DNA of 63,302 bases, filler included, from Octopus bimaculoides (GCF_001194135.2; 4 parts of 4 records of this genome joined end to end with filler, not necessarily neighbours in it); one strand, 5' to 3'. Shown: positions 39,825-52,786, numbered from the whole stretch's first letter. The notes: generated from the letters alone by a model not told the origin. Translations and numbers: made by a program.

Positions 39825-40613
39825 NNNNNNNNNNNNNNNNNNNNNNNNNNNNNNNNNNNNNNNNNNNNNNNNNNNNNNNNNNNNNNNNNNNNNNNNNNNN
39901 NNNNNNNNNNNNNNNNNNNNNNNNNNNNNNNNNNNNNNNNNNNNNNNNNNNNNNNNNNNNNNNNNNNNNNNNNNNNNNNNNNNNNNNNNNNNNNNNNNNN
40001 NNNNNNNNNNNNNNNNNNNNNNNNNNNNNNNNNNNNNNNNNNNNNNNNNNNNNNNNNNNNNNNNNNNNNNNNNNNNNNNNNNNNNNNNNNNNNNNNNNNN
40101 NNNNNNNNNNNNNNNNNNNNNNNNNNNNNNNNNNNNNNNNNNNNNNNNNNNNNNNNNNNNNNNNNNNNNNNNNNNNNNNNNNNNNNNNNNNNNNNNNNNN
40201 NNNNNNNNNNNNNNNNNNNNNNNNNNNNNNNNNNNNNNNNNNNNNNNNNNNNNNNNNNNNNNNNNNNNNNNNNNNNNNNNNNNNNNNNNNNNNNNNNNNN
40301 NNNNNNNNNNNNNNNNNNNNNNNNNNNNNNNNNNNNNNNNNNNNNNNNNNNNNNNNNNNNNNNNNNNNNNNNNNNNNNNNNNNNNNNNNNNNNNNNNNNN
40401 NNNNNNNNNNNNNNNNNNNNNNNNNNNNNNNNNNNNNNNNNNNNNNNNNNNNNNNNNNNNNNNNNNNNNNNNNNNNNNNNNNNNNNNNNNNNNNNNNNNN
40501 NNNNNNNNNNNNNNNNNNNNNNNNNNNNNNNNNNNNNNNNNNNNNNNNNNNNNNNNNNNNNNNNNNNNNNNNNNNNNNNNNNNNNNNNNNNNNNNNNNNN
40601 NNNNNNNNNNNNN

Positions 40614-40732
<119 letters not shown>

Positions 40733-40994
40733 GTACACATACACATACATACACTCACACATGCCGAGATTCCTGACAGGTTACATCTGCTAAATTTCAT
40801 TCATAATATATTCATGAATCTGAACTACAAAAGACGGAGCGCTTCGAAAATGTCCTGCCGTAGAATCGAACCGGAAAAATTATGGCTGTAAATGAAGCTT
40901 GGTAGTCATACAGTGATACTTGCGTTTGTTTATTTCGAGTTTTTGTTTTATCTCTGAGATTTATCACTGTGTTCACTTCTTTCAATTGTTATAG

Positions 40995-41174
40995 ATGATT
41001 GAAGAGCGCAAAACACTTTATTTAGAAGGCCTTCAGAAAAACTCCGACAATAAAGATGAAGAGACGCTCGGAAAGAAAAAAATGGCTTTCTTAGATACTC
41101 TCCTTGATAAATTGCACGAAGGAGAAATAGACAAAAAAGATCTGAGAGAAGAAGTGGACACATTTATGTTCGAA
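40995..41174 (+). CDS. CYP4V-like: CYP4 exon 7, 180 bp (MIEERK...KKKMAFLDTLL...LREEVDTFMFE)
   Basis: ttatag| and |gtaagt; AFLD.LL and EEVDTFMFE I-helix motifs; matches ORF-track 40995-41210. Confidence 0.96.
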
Positions 41175-41327
41175 GTAAGTTTATTCACAACACTGTCATT
41201 CATTAAATGACAAATAGCAGAGATGAATTGTTTGTAGTTAATAACATTGCTAATAACATTATAAATATTTCGTATTATTAACCACCTCTAAAGAGAGAAT
41301 TTGATTTTGATATTTCGATGTACTTAA

Positions 41328-41918
41328 GGCGGAGAGCTGGCAGGATCGTTACTGCGCCGCATGCTAATCGGCATTTCGTCCATCTTTACAGTCTAAGCTC
41401 AATTTTTGCCAAAGTAGATTTTGCCTTTCATCCTTTCGGGGATAATAAAATAAGGCATAGGAGTGGCTGTGTGGTAAGTAGCTTGCTTACCAACCACATA
41501 GTTCTGGGTTCAGTCCCACTGCGTGGCACCTTGGGCAAGTGTCTTCTACTATAGCCTCGGGCCGACCAAAGCCTTGTGAGTGGATTTGGTTGACGGAAAC
41601 TGAAACAAGCCCGTCGTGTTTGTTTGTTTGTGTTTGTCCCCCCCAATTTCGCTTGACAACCGATGCTGGTGTGTTTACGTCCCCGTAACCTTGTGGCTCG
41701 GCAAAAAGAGACCGATAGAATAAGTACTAGGCTTACAAAGAATAAGTCCTGGGGTCAATTTGCTAGACTAAAGGCAGTGCCCCAGCATGGCCGCAGTCAA
41801 ATGACTGAAACAAGTAAAAGAGTAAGAGTAAGTACCAGTTGAACACTGGTGTCGATGTAATTGATTAACCCTTTCCTCCAAAACTACTGACCTTCTGCCA
41901 AAATTTGAAACCGATATT
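41328..41918 (+). mobile_element. SINE family D interrupted by a SINE B insertion
   Basis: D head 41328-41452; D resumes at aagtaccagtt 41830. Confidence 0.75.
41453..41823 (+). mobile_element. SINE family B, full length, in CYP intron 7
   Basis: Head aggcataggagtggctgtgtggtaagtagcttgc through tail atgactgaaacaagtaaaag. Confidence 0.9.
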
Positions 41919-42532
41919 CCGATGTAGTCTACATTTTGGTTTACATACACCACCGGTTTAGTGGATATGGACGTTATTATTCTTTATTTATATATGATGT
42001 AGCAGCTCCAATGATCAATTAGAACCTCAGTCGTTCTAACTGCAATTTGAAATAAGTCCGTGATAATTCATACGAAATATCTATTATCAGGGACAGTTAA
42101 ACAGCCTAAGCAAACTAGGCAATCGCATCGCGCATTATAATCTGAGAGCGCCACACAAATAACACAAATATCTTAAAAAGAATTTTTAATTCGATTAAAC
42201 ACACGATATCTCAATAATGATAAAAAGAACAGAGTCCACTCCTAGAAGAAGAGTGGAGCGAGGAAGACGAGAGAGGTGAGTGGAGTCAAGACTTTTTAAA
42301 TATTTCAGTATGAAATATTTCAAATTTTATCAGATAACAAATTTACTCGATAATATGCATCATATTAAAATTATATAGTTCTGGTGGGTAAGTTTGTTAT
42401 AGTTTTCAATGGCGTTTTTCCAGCTCGTTTAAAGTAGGAGAAAACTAGATAATTTTGCGAAAAGAACACAGTTTTCTTTTGTGAAACAGTCTCTTATGAA
42501 TAGCAAAAATACGAGACAACAAATGTGCTAAA

Positions 42533-42740
42533 ATACTCTTTTCTACACTAGGCACAAGTCCTGAAATTTTGGGGGAGGGGCCAGTCGATTAGATCGACCC
42601 AGTACTCAACTGGTACTTAATTTATCGACCCCGAAAAGTAAAGTTGACCTCGGCGAAATTTGAACTCAGAACGTAAAGACAGGTAAAATACTGCTAAGCA
42701 TTTCGCCCGGCGTGCTAGCGCTACTGCCAGCCTGCCGCCT
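42533..42740 (-). mobile_element. SINE family D, full length, in CYP intron 7; further copies 38320-38750 (+) and 43201-43367 (-)
   Basis: Reverse complement of the family consensus. Confidence 0.85.
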
Positions 42741-43042
42741 TATCCATTTTCATTATTGTTACAATGAAATGATTGCTATTGTACGTTTTATGAAGGAATT
42801 ACCGCCACCCATACTTTCATCTTTATATCAGCACGCAGCCGAATTACTCCCTGCTTCTCTTACTGCTCAGGCATTTTAGTTTGAGGTAATGCATGTAGAT
42901 GAGGTTTTGTATCAGTACCGCAGGAGGTACTTGTGTCAAAGTCTATTGCGAATCATCTAAAAATCCCGCAAGATTCACCTCATTACATCTGCGATCTTAT
43001 AAATTTGTCGAAAAAATTGAAATATTTATATTATTTTACTAG

Positions 43043-43145
43043 GGTCATGATACAACGGCTGCAGGAATTAACTGGACATTATACTTCATAGCTGCTTATC
43101 CAGATGTACAAAAAAAGTTACAGAAAGAAGTTGATGATTTTTATG
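43043..43145 (+). CDS. CYP4V-like: CYP4 exon 8, 103 bp ([34 protein letters not shown])
   Basis: tactag| and |gtaagt; completes the CYP4 signature EGHDTT and the J-helix P.VQ.KL..EVD. Confidence 0.96.
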
Positions 43146-43927
43146 GTAAGTTGTGAACTTCTGATAAACTTTCGTCTTGTAACTGTTATGATGATTCTAA
43201 TAATAATCCTTTCTACCACAGATACAACGCCTAAAATTTGGAGAAGGGGGATACCCGATTACATGACTGGTATTTATTTTATCGATCCCGAAAGGATGAA
43301 AAGCAAAGTCGACCTCGGTGGAATTTTAATTCAGAACGTAAAGACGATTCTGCTAACTCGCTGCCTTAGACACCTCGTCTCTTTTTAATAATAGACGATA
43401 TAAATGTTGGTTGGTTAGTTGGTTGGTTGGCTGACTGGTTTCTCCAGACACGAGAGAGAGAGAAAGAGAGAGACTCAAAGACAGAGGACTAAGTGGAGGA
43501 GGGGATAAATGACATTGTAGTTATGGGAAGTCATATAAATAAGAAATTCCTTTTATTTAATTTTATTTTAAAGTAATAAATATTACTCTTTTAAAAATTA
43601 GTTTTCATTTCATCATTCTAGTAAGTGCGAAGAAGTTTAATCAAAGTCAGATTATGAATATTGTATGTATATCATATTACCTATGGTGGAAAAAATAAAC
43701 TTCCACAGTTCCACAGTTATCCATCATATGATGGGCAACACTGTAGTAATTATAAGTATTTAACTAAGTACTAGAGTTGGTATGATTGAGTAAAATATTT
43801 GGAGGTTAGGCAAGCAGTATGGCGACAGTTCAAAGAGTGAAAGACTAAATCATATCAGAAATGCGCCAGAGGTTATCTTTAAAATATTGGATTTCGTGCT
43901 CTCGTAGACGCTCCTCTGTCTGTGAAT

Positions 43928-44156
43928 CATCATCATCATCATCATCATCGTTTAACGTCCGCTTTCCATGCTAGCATGGGTTGGACGATTTGACTGAGGA
44001 CTGGTGAAACCGGATGGCAACACCAGGCTCCAGTCTGATTTGGCAGAGTTTCTACAGCTGGATGCCCTTCCTAACGCCAACCACTCAGAGAGTGTAGTGG
44101 GTGCTTTTACGTGTCACCTGCACGAAAACGGCAACGCTCGAAATGGTGTCTTTTAT
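43928..44156 (-). mobile_element. RTE-type LINE/SINE 3' end with (GAT)n tail
   Basis: catcatcatc...gtttaacgtccgctttccatgc...ggatgcccttcctaacgccaacc resembles RTE tails; class recalled, not searched. Confidence 0.55.
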
Positions 44157-44256
44157 NNNNNNNNNNNNNNNNNNNNNNNNNNNNNNNNNNNNNNNNNNNN
44201 TTAATTAATTAANNNNNNNNNNNNNNNNNNNNNNNNNNNNNNNNNNNNNNNNNNNN

Positions 44257-44306
<50 letters not shown>

Positions 44307-44647
44307 TGTGTGTGTGTATGTGTGTGTGTGTGTGCATCATGGCTACTTATATAATTATATCTATATATATATATAATTATATAAGTAGCCATGTTGCACA
44401 GGCTGGTGTCTTTTCGTTACGGCCATTTCAAGCGACTGCATTTAATTGATTTATGAAAACATTATATCAATTTGAAAGAAACCGTTCTGGTCAGATGGGC
44501 ACATAGACTTCAAACATAGAATACATCTTTTATTTTAAGTTTACATCAATAATGGGAACCAAAATATTTTGTTTACTTAATTTACAAATGTGGCAGAATG
44601 AGTTTAGAAAATAATGCGTACCTTGTTTAGCCTACTGAAATTTGGAT

Positions 44648-45056
44648 AGTAGCAGAGGGAATATTGTGGCTCAAGATAAAAAAGAGTGGTGACGTAGTTA
44701 CTTATATTTATAAGATTTTATGCAGTATGTAGTCTTCAGCCATTTAGAATTAAATTCATTGGGAGTTGTCTACTGTATTCTAGCTAATGGTGATATATCA
44801 ATTAATGTCGGACAATTTGTTGATTGTCTGATTTTTAATTTATATTCTTTGACATTTAACTTAGATTGTCTTAGAATTAGAGTCAGACAATCTGTAGATT
44901 GTCTGACATTAAATAATTTTTCACCATTAACTAGAATACAGTTGGCAACTCCCAATTGATCTAATTGTCGAAGGCTACATACTACATACAGTCTTCTAAA
45001 TATAAGTAACTACATCGCTCTTTTTATCCAGACTCCCCACAATTCCCTCTGCTACT
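44648..45056. mobile_element. Fold-back/MITE-like element with ~170-190-bp imperfect inverted arms
   Basis: Pairs seen: agtagcagaggga/tccctctgctact, gtagttacttatattta/taaatataagtaactac, actgtattctag.taatggtga/tcaccattaactagaatacagt. Confidence 0.8.
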
Positions 45057-45306
45057 CTTTAATTTACAATAGGCTTAAAAAGGTATGCATTATTTTCTAA
45101 ATTCATTTTGCCAGAGTTATAGCAACAGGAAGCAATCTAAAATATTTTGGTTTACATTAGTTATGTAAATTTATTAAAAAATGTTTATCCTTTGTTTGCA
45201 ATTTATATATATACATACATAGATACATACATAGATACATACATACATACATACACAAACATATATGTATATGTATATATATACATATATGTATATATGT
45301 ATATAT

Positions 45307-45365
<59 letters not shown>

Positions 45366-45884
45366 ATACAAAGAATATATATACATGTATACACACATAT
45401 ATGTACATACTTACATCTACATGTGTATATATATGCATATCAGGGTACAGGACGTTAGAATAATGAACTACAGACAACGGAACGAACACATAGGAAAACG
45501 GAAAGCCACTTGGAATATTCCTTCATCAGCTGCCTCTATTCTAACCTGATGTATGTATGTATGTATGTATGTATTAATGTATATGTATCTATATGTATGT
45601 ACGTATGTGTGCTTGTAACGCAAATATATATGTAAGTATGTATAAAATATGTAAGTATGATATTCTAAATTGTAGTATCCAAACTTTTGGGAAATCCTGA
45701 TGGAATATTTTCCACATCATTCAGATGATATAACATCACGGTGTTGTTGAAAAGAGTAAAGACAGAGTTTTTTGAGTCCATACCATTAGTCAAGGCTTGC
45801 CATGTCATCTATTTTTTTTTCCGGGGAGCTTAAATTTTCATAATATTCTGTATCGTGTGTGGGGACCATAGCGGACAACAATAT

Positions 45885-46265
45885 TCAAGGTAAGGGCAAG
45901 CGAAAGCAGAGAACAATAAAAATAATGGTAGGAACGTCTCTAGACTGGAAGGTCTTGAGGATCCAGGAGCACGTCCTGCGAGTTATAACAACTTTGTTGT
46001 TTATGTGAGCACTGCAGCTTATTTTTTTGTCAGCAGTAACACACGGGTCTCTAACAGTGCTGGATGCCACGTGGGTTTCGCCAGAGAGAAGCGTGTAAGG
46101 TTGTTGGTACGCAGTCTCTTTACCGAAGTGGATTGGATTTTCTCGTTTAGTTGCATGTTATATTTCTCCACCCATTGGATAGCAGCTAATGGATCAAATT
46201 TAAGATTTCTCTGTTCTTCAAACCTGTCAACACCTTTCAGTCATCCGCGAAAATATGCATGCTAC
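45885..46265 (-). mobile_element. CR1/L2-group LINE, RT remnant
   Basis: MHIFADD*K RT motif and SWILKTFQSRD (compare GWILRTF.SRD). Confidence 0.75.
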
Positions 46266-46561
46266 AGTGTTTGATGACGTCAGTGATGTCGTTAATATAA
46301 ATTATGAAAAGGAGCGGGCTTAATATAGTGCGTTGTGGTCATCCCATAAATAATGCGGGATTTTATACTTTATTTTTCAAAATTAAGAACATTCTGTTGT
46401 GGTGAATAAAAAAGAAATAACAAGCATGCTAATAGATATAGCATGCCCCGATGACAACAAGATCAAATAGAAAGAAGAAGAAAAACCAAATAACTACGAA
46501 GATTTGAAGTGGGAAATATGAAGTTTGTGGTCTAGGAGCAGAGAAAACGTGATACAAATAG

Positions 46562-47490
46562 TATTGTGTTATCCCATAAATAATGCGTTTTTTATACATA
46601 TTATATTTTTCAAAATTAAGAAAATGTTCATCTTTAGTCTAAAGTATACTCTTTTACATTTTCTACAATGCTCTTCTATCTATCTGTTAGACTTCCAAAG
46701 TTCACTTATCCCTGACGAAAAATACGCCTCCAGTTCAAAACCTCTTTTACAGAATTCATATTTTTTCGGTCCAAATGATTTTGAAGATGCGTAATAAATG
46801 ATAATCAGATAGGGCAAAGACAGACAAATATGATGGTTGGGGCATCGCTTCCCATTCAAACTGCTCCAGCCTTTGGAATGTCATTCTCGCTGTATGTGGC
46901 TGAGCATTATCCTGATGGAAGAACACCTTTTTCATTGGAACCAATTTTTCTTCTTGCGCTGACTTGAGCCGCTCAAGCTGCTCGCTATAGATCTCCTTTC
47001 TTTATTGCGTGGTTTGTTTAAAAGTTCAAAGTGGACTAAACCTTTCATATCCCACCAAACAGATAACAACATCTAACGTAGGTGAAGACCTTCTTTAGCC
47101 CAGGGTGCTTGTATTTCTCCTTTTCCTATCCAATGTTTTCGGCTCTTGACATTTTTATAGAAAATCCATTTCTCATCACCAGTCAATATTCGGTCCAAAA
47201 AAAGTGACAGCAAAGATGGCCACACATTCTCTCTCTGTTAGCGATTAGATTCAGGACGTTTGTGAGGAAGACATTGACACAATTTTCTGACTTTTCCGAT
47301 GACACGCCTGTGTCGATGAATGGTTGGATACACAAATCCAAGCTTCTCTACTAGTCTCTCAACAGTTACGATGGGGTTTTGTTCCACCAGGGTTTGCTGG
47401 ACGTCCTCAACGAGCTCTACAAATCTTCTAAGACGAGGTTCGTCTTCTAGGCTGGACTCTTAAAATCGAACTGCACTCTTAAAATTTGCA
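46562..47490 (-). mobile_element. Decayed mariner (DD34D) DNA transposon
   Basis: ILTGDEKW (47166-47183), HQDNAQPH and ALSDYHL with 34 residues between D2 and D3; HTH region; TIR-like end at 46562. Confidence 0.88.
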
Positions 47491-48093
47491 CTAAGAATAA
47501 GGACAAGGTAAAATTACTTCCTGCTTTTATAGGAAGTTGATACAGGTAGCTTATCCCATCCCCCTCCGACTTTTAGCTCAGGCAATTGAAAAACCCGAAG
47601 TATATAAGGGTTGACCAAATGCAAGGAATTTAGGATTAAACTGAAGAACGATACAGTAACGTTTCATAGTATACCTATTTATTACAATTTTACATGAATG
47701 GGTGTCGCAGTTATTTGAAAGTTTCGGTATGATCTACTGTGATGTGCATTCTTACTTTGACTGGTTACCCGAAACATAAATATAGTATGTTTCACCCCGT
47801 CTTACGAAAGTAGAATAAATATACATACTAACTTCAAACAGGAAACTTTTAGGTGTTACTTCGCTTACTTCGGAGTTTCGTCTTCTTCTTTGGTATCATT
47901 AGTCTATCAAAAGTAGAAGTAAACAAATGCGATCTCTATTTAATAGCACGAAATCATTGAGTAAGCCTTCAGTTTAACGTTTGTTTTTATGTCTAACTTG
48001 ACATGTAAAAAACATTACCACACAGATACGGATCCATACACACAAACGCACACATACGCAGACATACACACTCATATATATGTACACGAATCA

Positions 48094-48174
<81 letters not shown>

Positions 48175-51100
48175 NNNNNNNNNNNNNNNNNNNNNNNNNN
48201 NNNNNNNNNNNNNNNNNNNNNNNNNNNNNNNNNNNNNNNNNNNNNNNNNNNNNNNNNNNNNNNNNNNNNNNNNNNNNNNNNNNNNNNNNNNNNNNNNNNN
48301 NNNNNNNNNNNNNNNNNNNNNNNNNNNNNNNNNNNNNNNNNNNNNNNNNNNNNNNNNNNNNNNNNNNNNNNNNNNNNNNNNNNNNNNNNNNNNNNNNNNN
48401 NNNNNNNNNNNNNNNNNNNNNNNNNNNNNNNNNNNNNNNNNNNNNNNNNNNNNNNNNNNNNNNNNNNNNNNNNNNNNNNNNNNNNNNNNNNNNNNNNNNN
48501 NNNNNNNNNNNNNNNNNNNNNNNNNNNNNNNNNNNNNNNNNNNNNNNNNNNNNNNNNNNNNNNNNNNNNNNNNNNNNNNNNNNNNNNNNNNNNNNNNNNN
48601 NNNNNNNNNNNNNNNNNNNNNNNNNNNNNNNNNNNNNNNNNNNNNNNNNNNNNNNNNNNNNNNNNNNNNNNNNNNNNNNNNNNNNNNNNNNNNNNNNNNN
48701 NNNNNNNNNNNNNNNNNNNNNNNNNNNNNNNNNNNNNNNNNNNNNNNNNNNNNNNNNNATATATATTATATATAGAGAGAGAGTGAGTGATAGATGCATA
48801 CATACACACATGCATATATACATACATACATACACACATACATACTTACATACATGCATACATACATACATACATGCATACATACATCCGTCCATACATA
48901 TATATCTTACCGACGGATATTTGACAGAAATCCAATATAGTAGTACGTTAGTATCGTGAAATAGAACAATACTAAAACGAACAAAAAAAATGGAAATTCA
49001 CAAAACAGAGACATGTTGAATACCGAAACATAACGAATAGTTTGTGGACAGCTTTTATAGAGAAAGAATTGTCTACGAAATCTCTCAACATATTATTACA
49101 AATGTATTGAGGAGACGCAACGGCCGAGTAGAAAAAATATGTTACCTAACATTTTGGTTGCGGTTTTAAGTAGATTGCATTCCCTCAAGTACTAGTGTTA
49201 TTTGTTATTGAAGTTTTTGTATTTACTTTATCTATTTGTTTAGTTTTTCGTTTTGCTTTGCTGCTTTGCTGGTTAGTCGCATGTCCGGCATGGCCTAATA
49301 GATTTATTCTCATAGTCATTCTGTGACCAATATGCAGTTTATATTCTAGACTACAGTATACTATCCAATATATTCTTACTATTTTTGAAATATGCTCGTT
49401 ATAATTAACTTTTTGCTTCTGTTTCTAACTTTTCAGCAAATAAGTTATCTCAGAGTAGTTCCTTCTTTGTCAAGTTTGTTTGATATAATTTTACCCTCAA
49501 ATGTCCCTACACTAAATATTACTTGTCGTTGTGTTATTATGTGTTGTTTCGCCAAAGAACCGTTCTGATCAACCAAACCCTATGATTTCAAATTATTCAA
49601 ACAAGAACATTACAAAGTCTTTGTGTATGCTTATGACAATGTTATAAGCAGTTTGCGATTCTAAAGAAATATTGTTCCTACTTTTAATGTGTTGTGACCC
49701 AATGTATCTTACACAAATTGTACTACTATACTCCATGCTGACTGTTTTGTCAGTTTTTTTTTAATTTTAAGAACTTTCTAGGAGTCATTATTTTCTAGTT
49801 AAATTAGATTTTGAACGTACACGCAGCCCGCCCAAATGCGTATTATGAATATATTGGGATTCATAAACTATTTAATAATTTTTTTTACCAATTCACACAA
49901 CATATTTTTCCCTGATCTCTACTTTCCCTAGCATTAATTTTCTGCATGGCATATCGTATATCGATCCGCCATTGAACACATATCTATGTTGTATTTTGTA
50001 ATTAATATTATTATAAGAAAATTCGAAACCCTTGTATAACCGAGGTTTTCTTTCTAAAACAAGTACCGATGGAAGCACACAGCGCCACCACTACCACTCC
50101 CAGCTCCACCACCACCACTACCACCACCACCACCGCCGCCGCCGCCGCAGCGACCACCACCACTACCACCACAATCGAATGTTCACATTGTACAACATCG
50201 TGCATTCAAGGATATTCTGGAAGAGAAAGAGAAAGACAGTGAAAGACAGAGACAGCGAATAATCGAATCTAGTACTTGACTGATGATTTATTGATAGATT
50301 CCGAGAAAATGAAAAGCAAATTTGTCATTGGTGAAAACTATGCTCAGTGTGTGGTGTGTTTCAACATGTACTGCAAGTCTTTCAGTCCATGATTGCAGTG
50401 ATTTCGGTAAATCATCGCATTTGCATTTAGCTTCACTTCATCTATCCTCATCCTGACTGTTTTCTCGCCTTGTATTCTATATAATGCAACGCCCTCACAT
50501 CTACTTATCATTCCTCTCTTCTTCGATTAATGTTATATAATATTCTTCCCCTCACTTATTCCCTGATTGTGACCAACATAAAAATATATGCGTATGAATG
50601 TACATATTCCATGATTTTGTCTTGCGAAATAATTTGACATTCTCTTAGAGGTAAAAGTGTTACAGAGAATATTTTGGTTATCTCTAAAAATGGTTGTCTA
50701 TAACAATAAAAATGACGTAACGTGTTATATTAAGTAGCATTTCTATACTAAAATCGAATATGATGATTAAGTGGTGATTTTTTTTTCCACTGCTAAAGAG
50801 CGAATTTATGTTAGGGCAGAAGAATTGATACTGGATGTCGGGAATTCTAAGCCCGAATAAACAACGTAGTTTACTACATCAAACTGGCTTTCGACTAACT
50901 TTAACAGAGTCCACTATATTGCAAGCATAGTAAGAAGCTTAGGATCAGGTCTTACTACGATATCATAATGTTCTGTTTCCTAGCACAGGTACTATATTTT
51001 CTAGATGTCACAGACGGAAAGAAATGTTCGACATGAACAATCGTAGAAATAGCCAGGCATATCTGCTTACAAATATCGTTGTAGCAATCAATGATAACAA

Positions 51101-51357
51101 ATGGGTGGTGCCACTTTTCACTGCACATAAATTTAGCATAAGAAGCAGTATAATTACGATGATTGATCTTGTGAATCATTATTTATTCATTTCTTTAGTA
51201 AAGTTAGTTAGTTAGTTAGTTAGTTAGTTAATTAGCTAGTTATAGAATATTCAATTCAACTTGACGTCTATCTATCAGTAGTGAAGTATACCCCAGCCTA
51301 CGAGTGGACGCTAGACGGTTATTTGACTCGATAAGGTAGAAATAGTAGCCTATTCTG

Positions 51358-51403
51358 CCGGAAGCCAACCGGAAGCCAACCGGAAGCCGACCGGAAGCCA
51401 ACC
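51358..51403. repeat. 11-bp tandem repeat (CCGGAAGCCAA) x4
   Basis: Directly visible; the third unit has one substitution. Confidence 0.95.
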
Positions 51404-51526
51404 TGTATAATCTTATAAAGCGAAAGCCTTACGTATTGTCCTACAAACAATACATGATAACAGCAGGAACAGTTTGGATTATAGGGCTGCTTAATCAAAC
51501 ACTACATTATGCTAAGCTACACTGCA

Positions 51527-51613
51527 CTACTACTACAACTACAACTACTACTACTACTACCACTACTACTACTACTACTACTACTAGTACTACTGCTGAT
51601 GCTGCTGCTGCTG

Positions 51614-51670
<57 letters not shown>

Positions 51671-51690
51671 TTGCTGCTGCTGCTGCTAGA
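51527..51690. repeat. (CTA)n/(CTG)n microsatellite
   Basis: Visible repeat; gives the poly-T and poly-L ORFs. Confidence 0.95.
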
Positions 51691-51842
51691 TAACCTATGG
51701 CTTTCAGATTTCTAACTTAAGTAGAACCATTCCTGTTCTCTGGGTGGAGCGTTGTGTTTACATTTGATCAGTCGAAGCTCTGTTATGTAAGTGTGGCAAA
51801 TAGAATCCTATTCTTATGTAGTAGACTTAACTCGTCACTCAC

Positions 51843-51996
51843 TTCATCCTCACTAAAATATTTTCCAGAGTCTTTAGGGAGTCCATTATATCGTGAATAT
51901 TCAAAACAATTTCTAGTTTGAAGTTTCTACTCCACTCCCTACTCCTATTTCCAAGTTTCTGGAAACTTTCATCACCATTGCACATCATCATTGTAT
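51843..51996 (-). other. Candidate 154-bp coding exon of an unidentified - strand gene
   Basis: Acceptor tttcctttattatgacttag|, donor |gtgagt; a single open frame DTMMMCNGDESFQKLGNRSREWSRNFKLEIVLNIHDIMDSLKTLENILVRM. No homolog recognised. Confidence 0.35.
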
Positions 51997-52752
51997 CTAA
52001 GTCATAATAAAGGAAACGTTTACAATACAATGTAGCAAATTTCAAAATTCTGAAATGTAATTACATCTGAAACTGATGAAACAATTTTATATTTCATGCT
52101 CTCAAGACATAACTAACCCCTTATAGTCGCTTTACAGGCCTTACAATCCCAATACATTACAAATTATATTGTGTCACTCAAATCTATTCAACTATATTTC
52201 TACTTGAAACAAAATTCTGAAATAAGGCTTTCTCATTGGCAGAGTTAATTAAAATGTTAAATCAAGGTAATTTCATTCTGACAATTTTATAGAACGTCGA
52301 ATGAAAAAGAAAGCATTCAAGACAAATTTCATTATCTGTGTATCTCTGAAAAAATAAAAATTAAAAAGGATAAATGATTCATACATGATCTGATTTAAAA
52401 CTAAAAAAATAATTAAAGCTTTCAAAATTCACGTCAGATTTTGTTTTACCACACAAAATTAGGATAAAACATGGAATAGGAATTAATACAAACATTACTG
52501 AGATTAGTTCTGATGCCATGACAGGGACACACTTCCGTATGAAAACAACCTACATTCATTGCAATTTGGAGAATTCTATCTGAGAGAGAGAGAGAATAAA
52601 TCCATTACGTTGTTTACTGTGGTTTTGACCATTGCATAACACTGACTATCTATTTTTCATATTTTTAATGTTCACTTCTCTTGTGCATATACATTACAGT
52701 AGAAAATTATCTTCTGCACATACATACATACACATACACACACACACACGCA

Positions 52753-52786
<34 letters not shown>

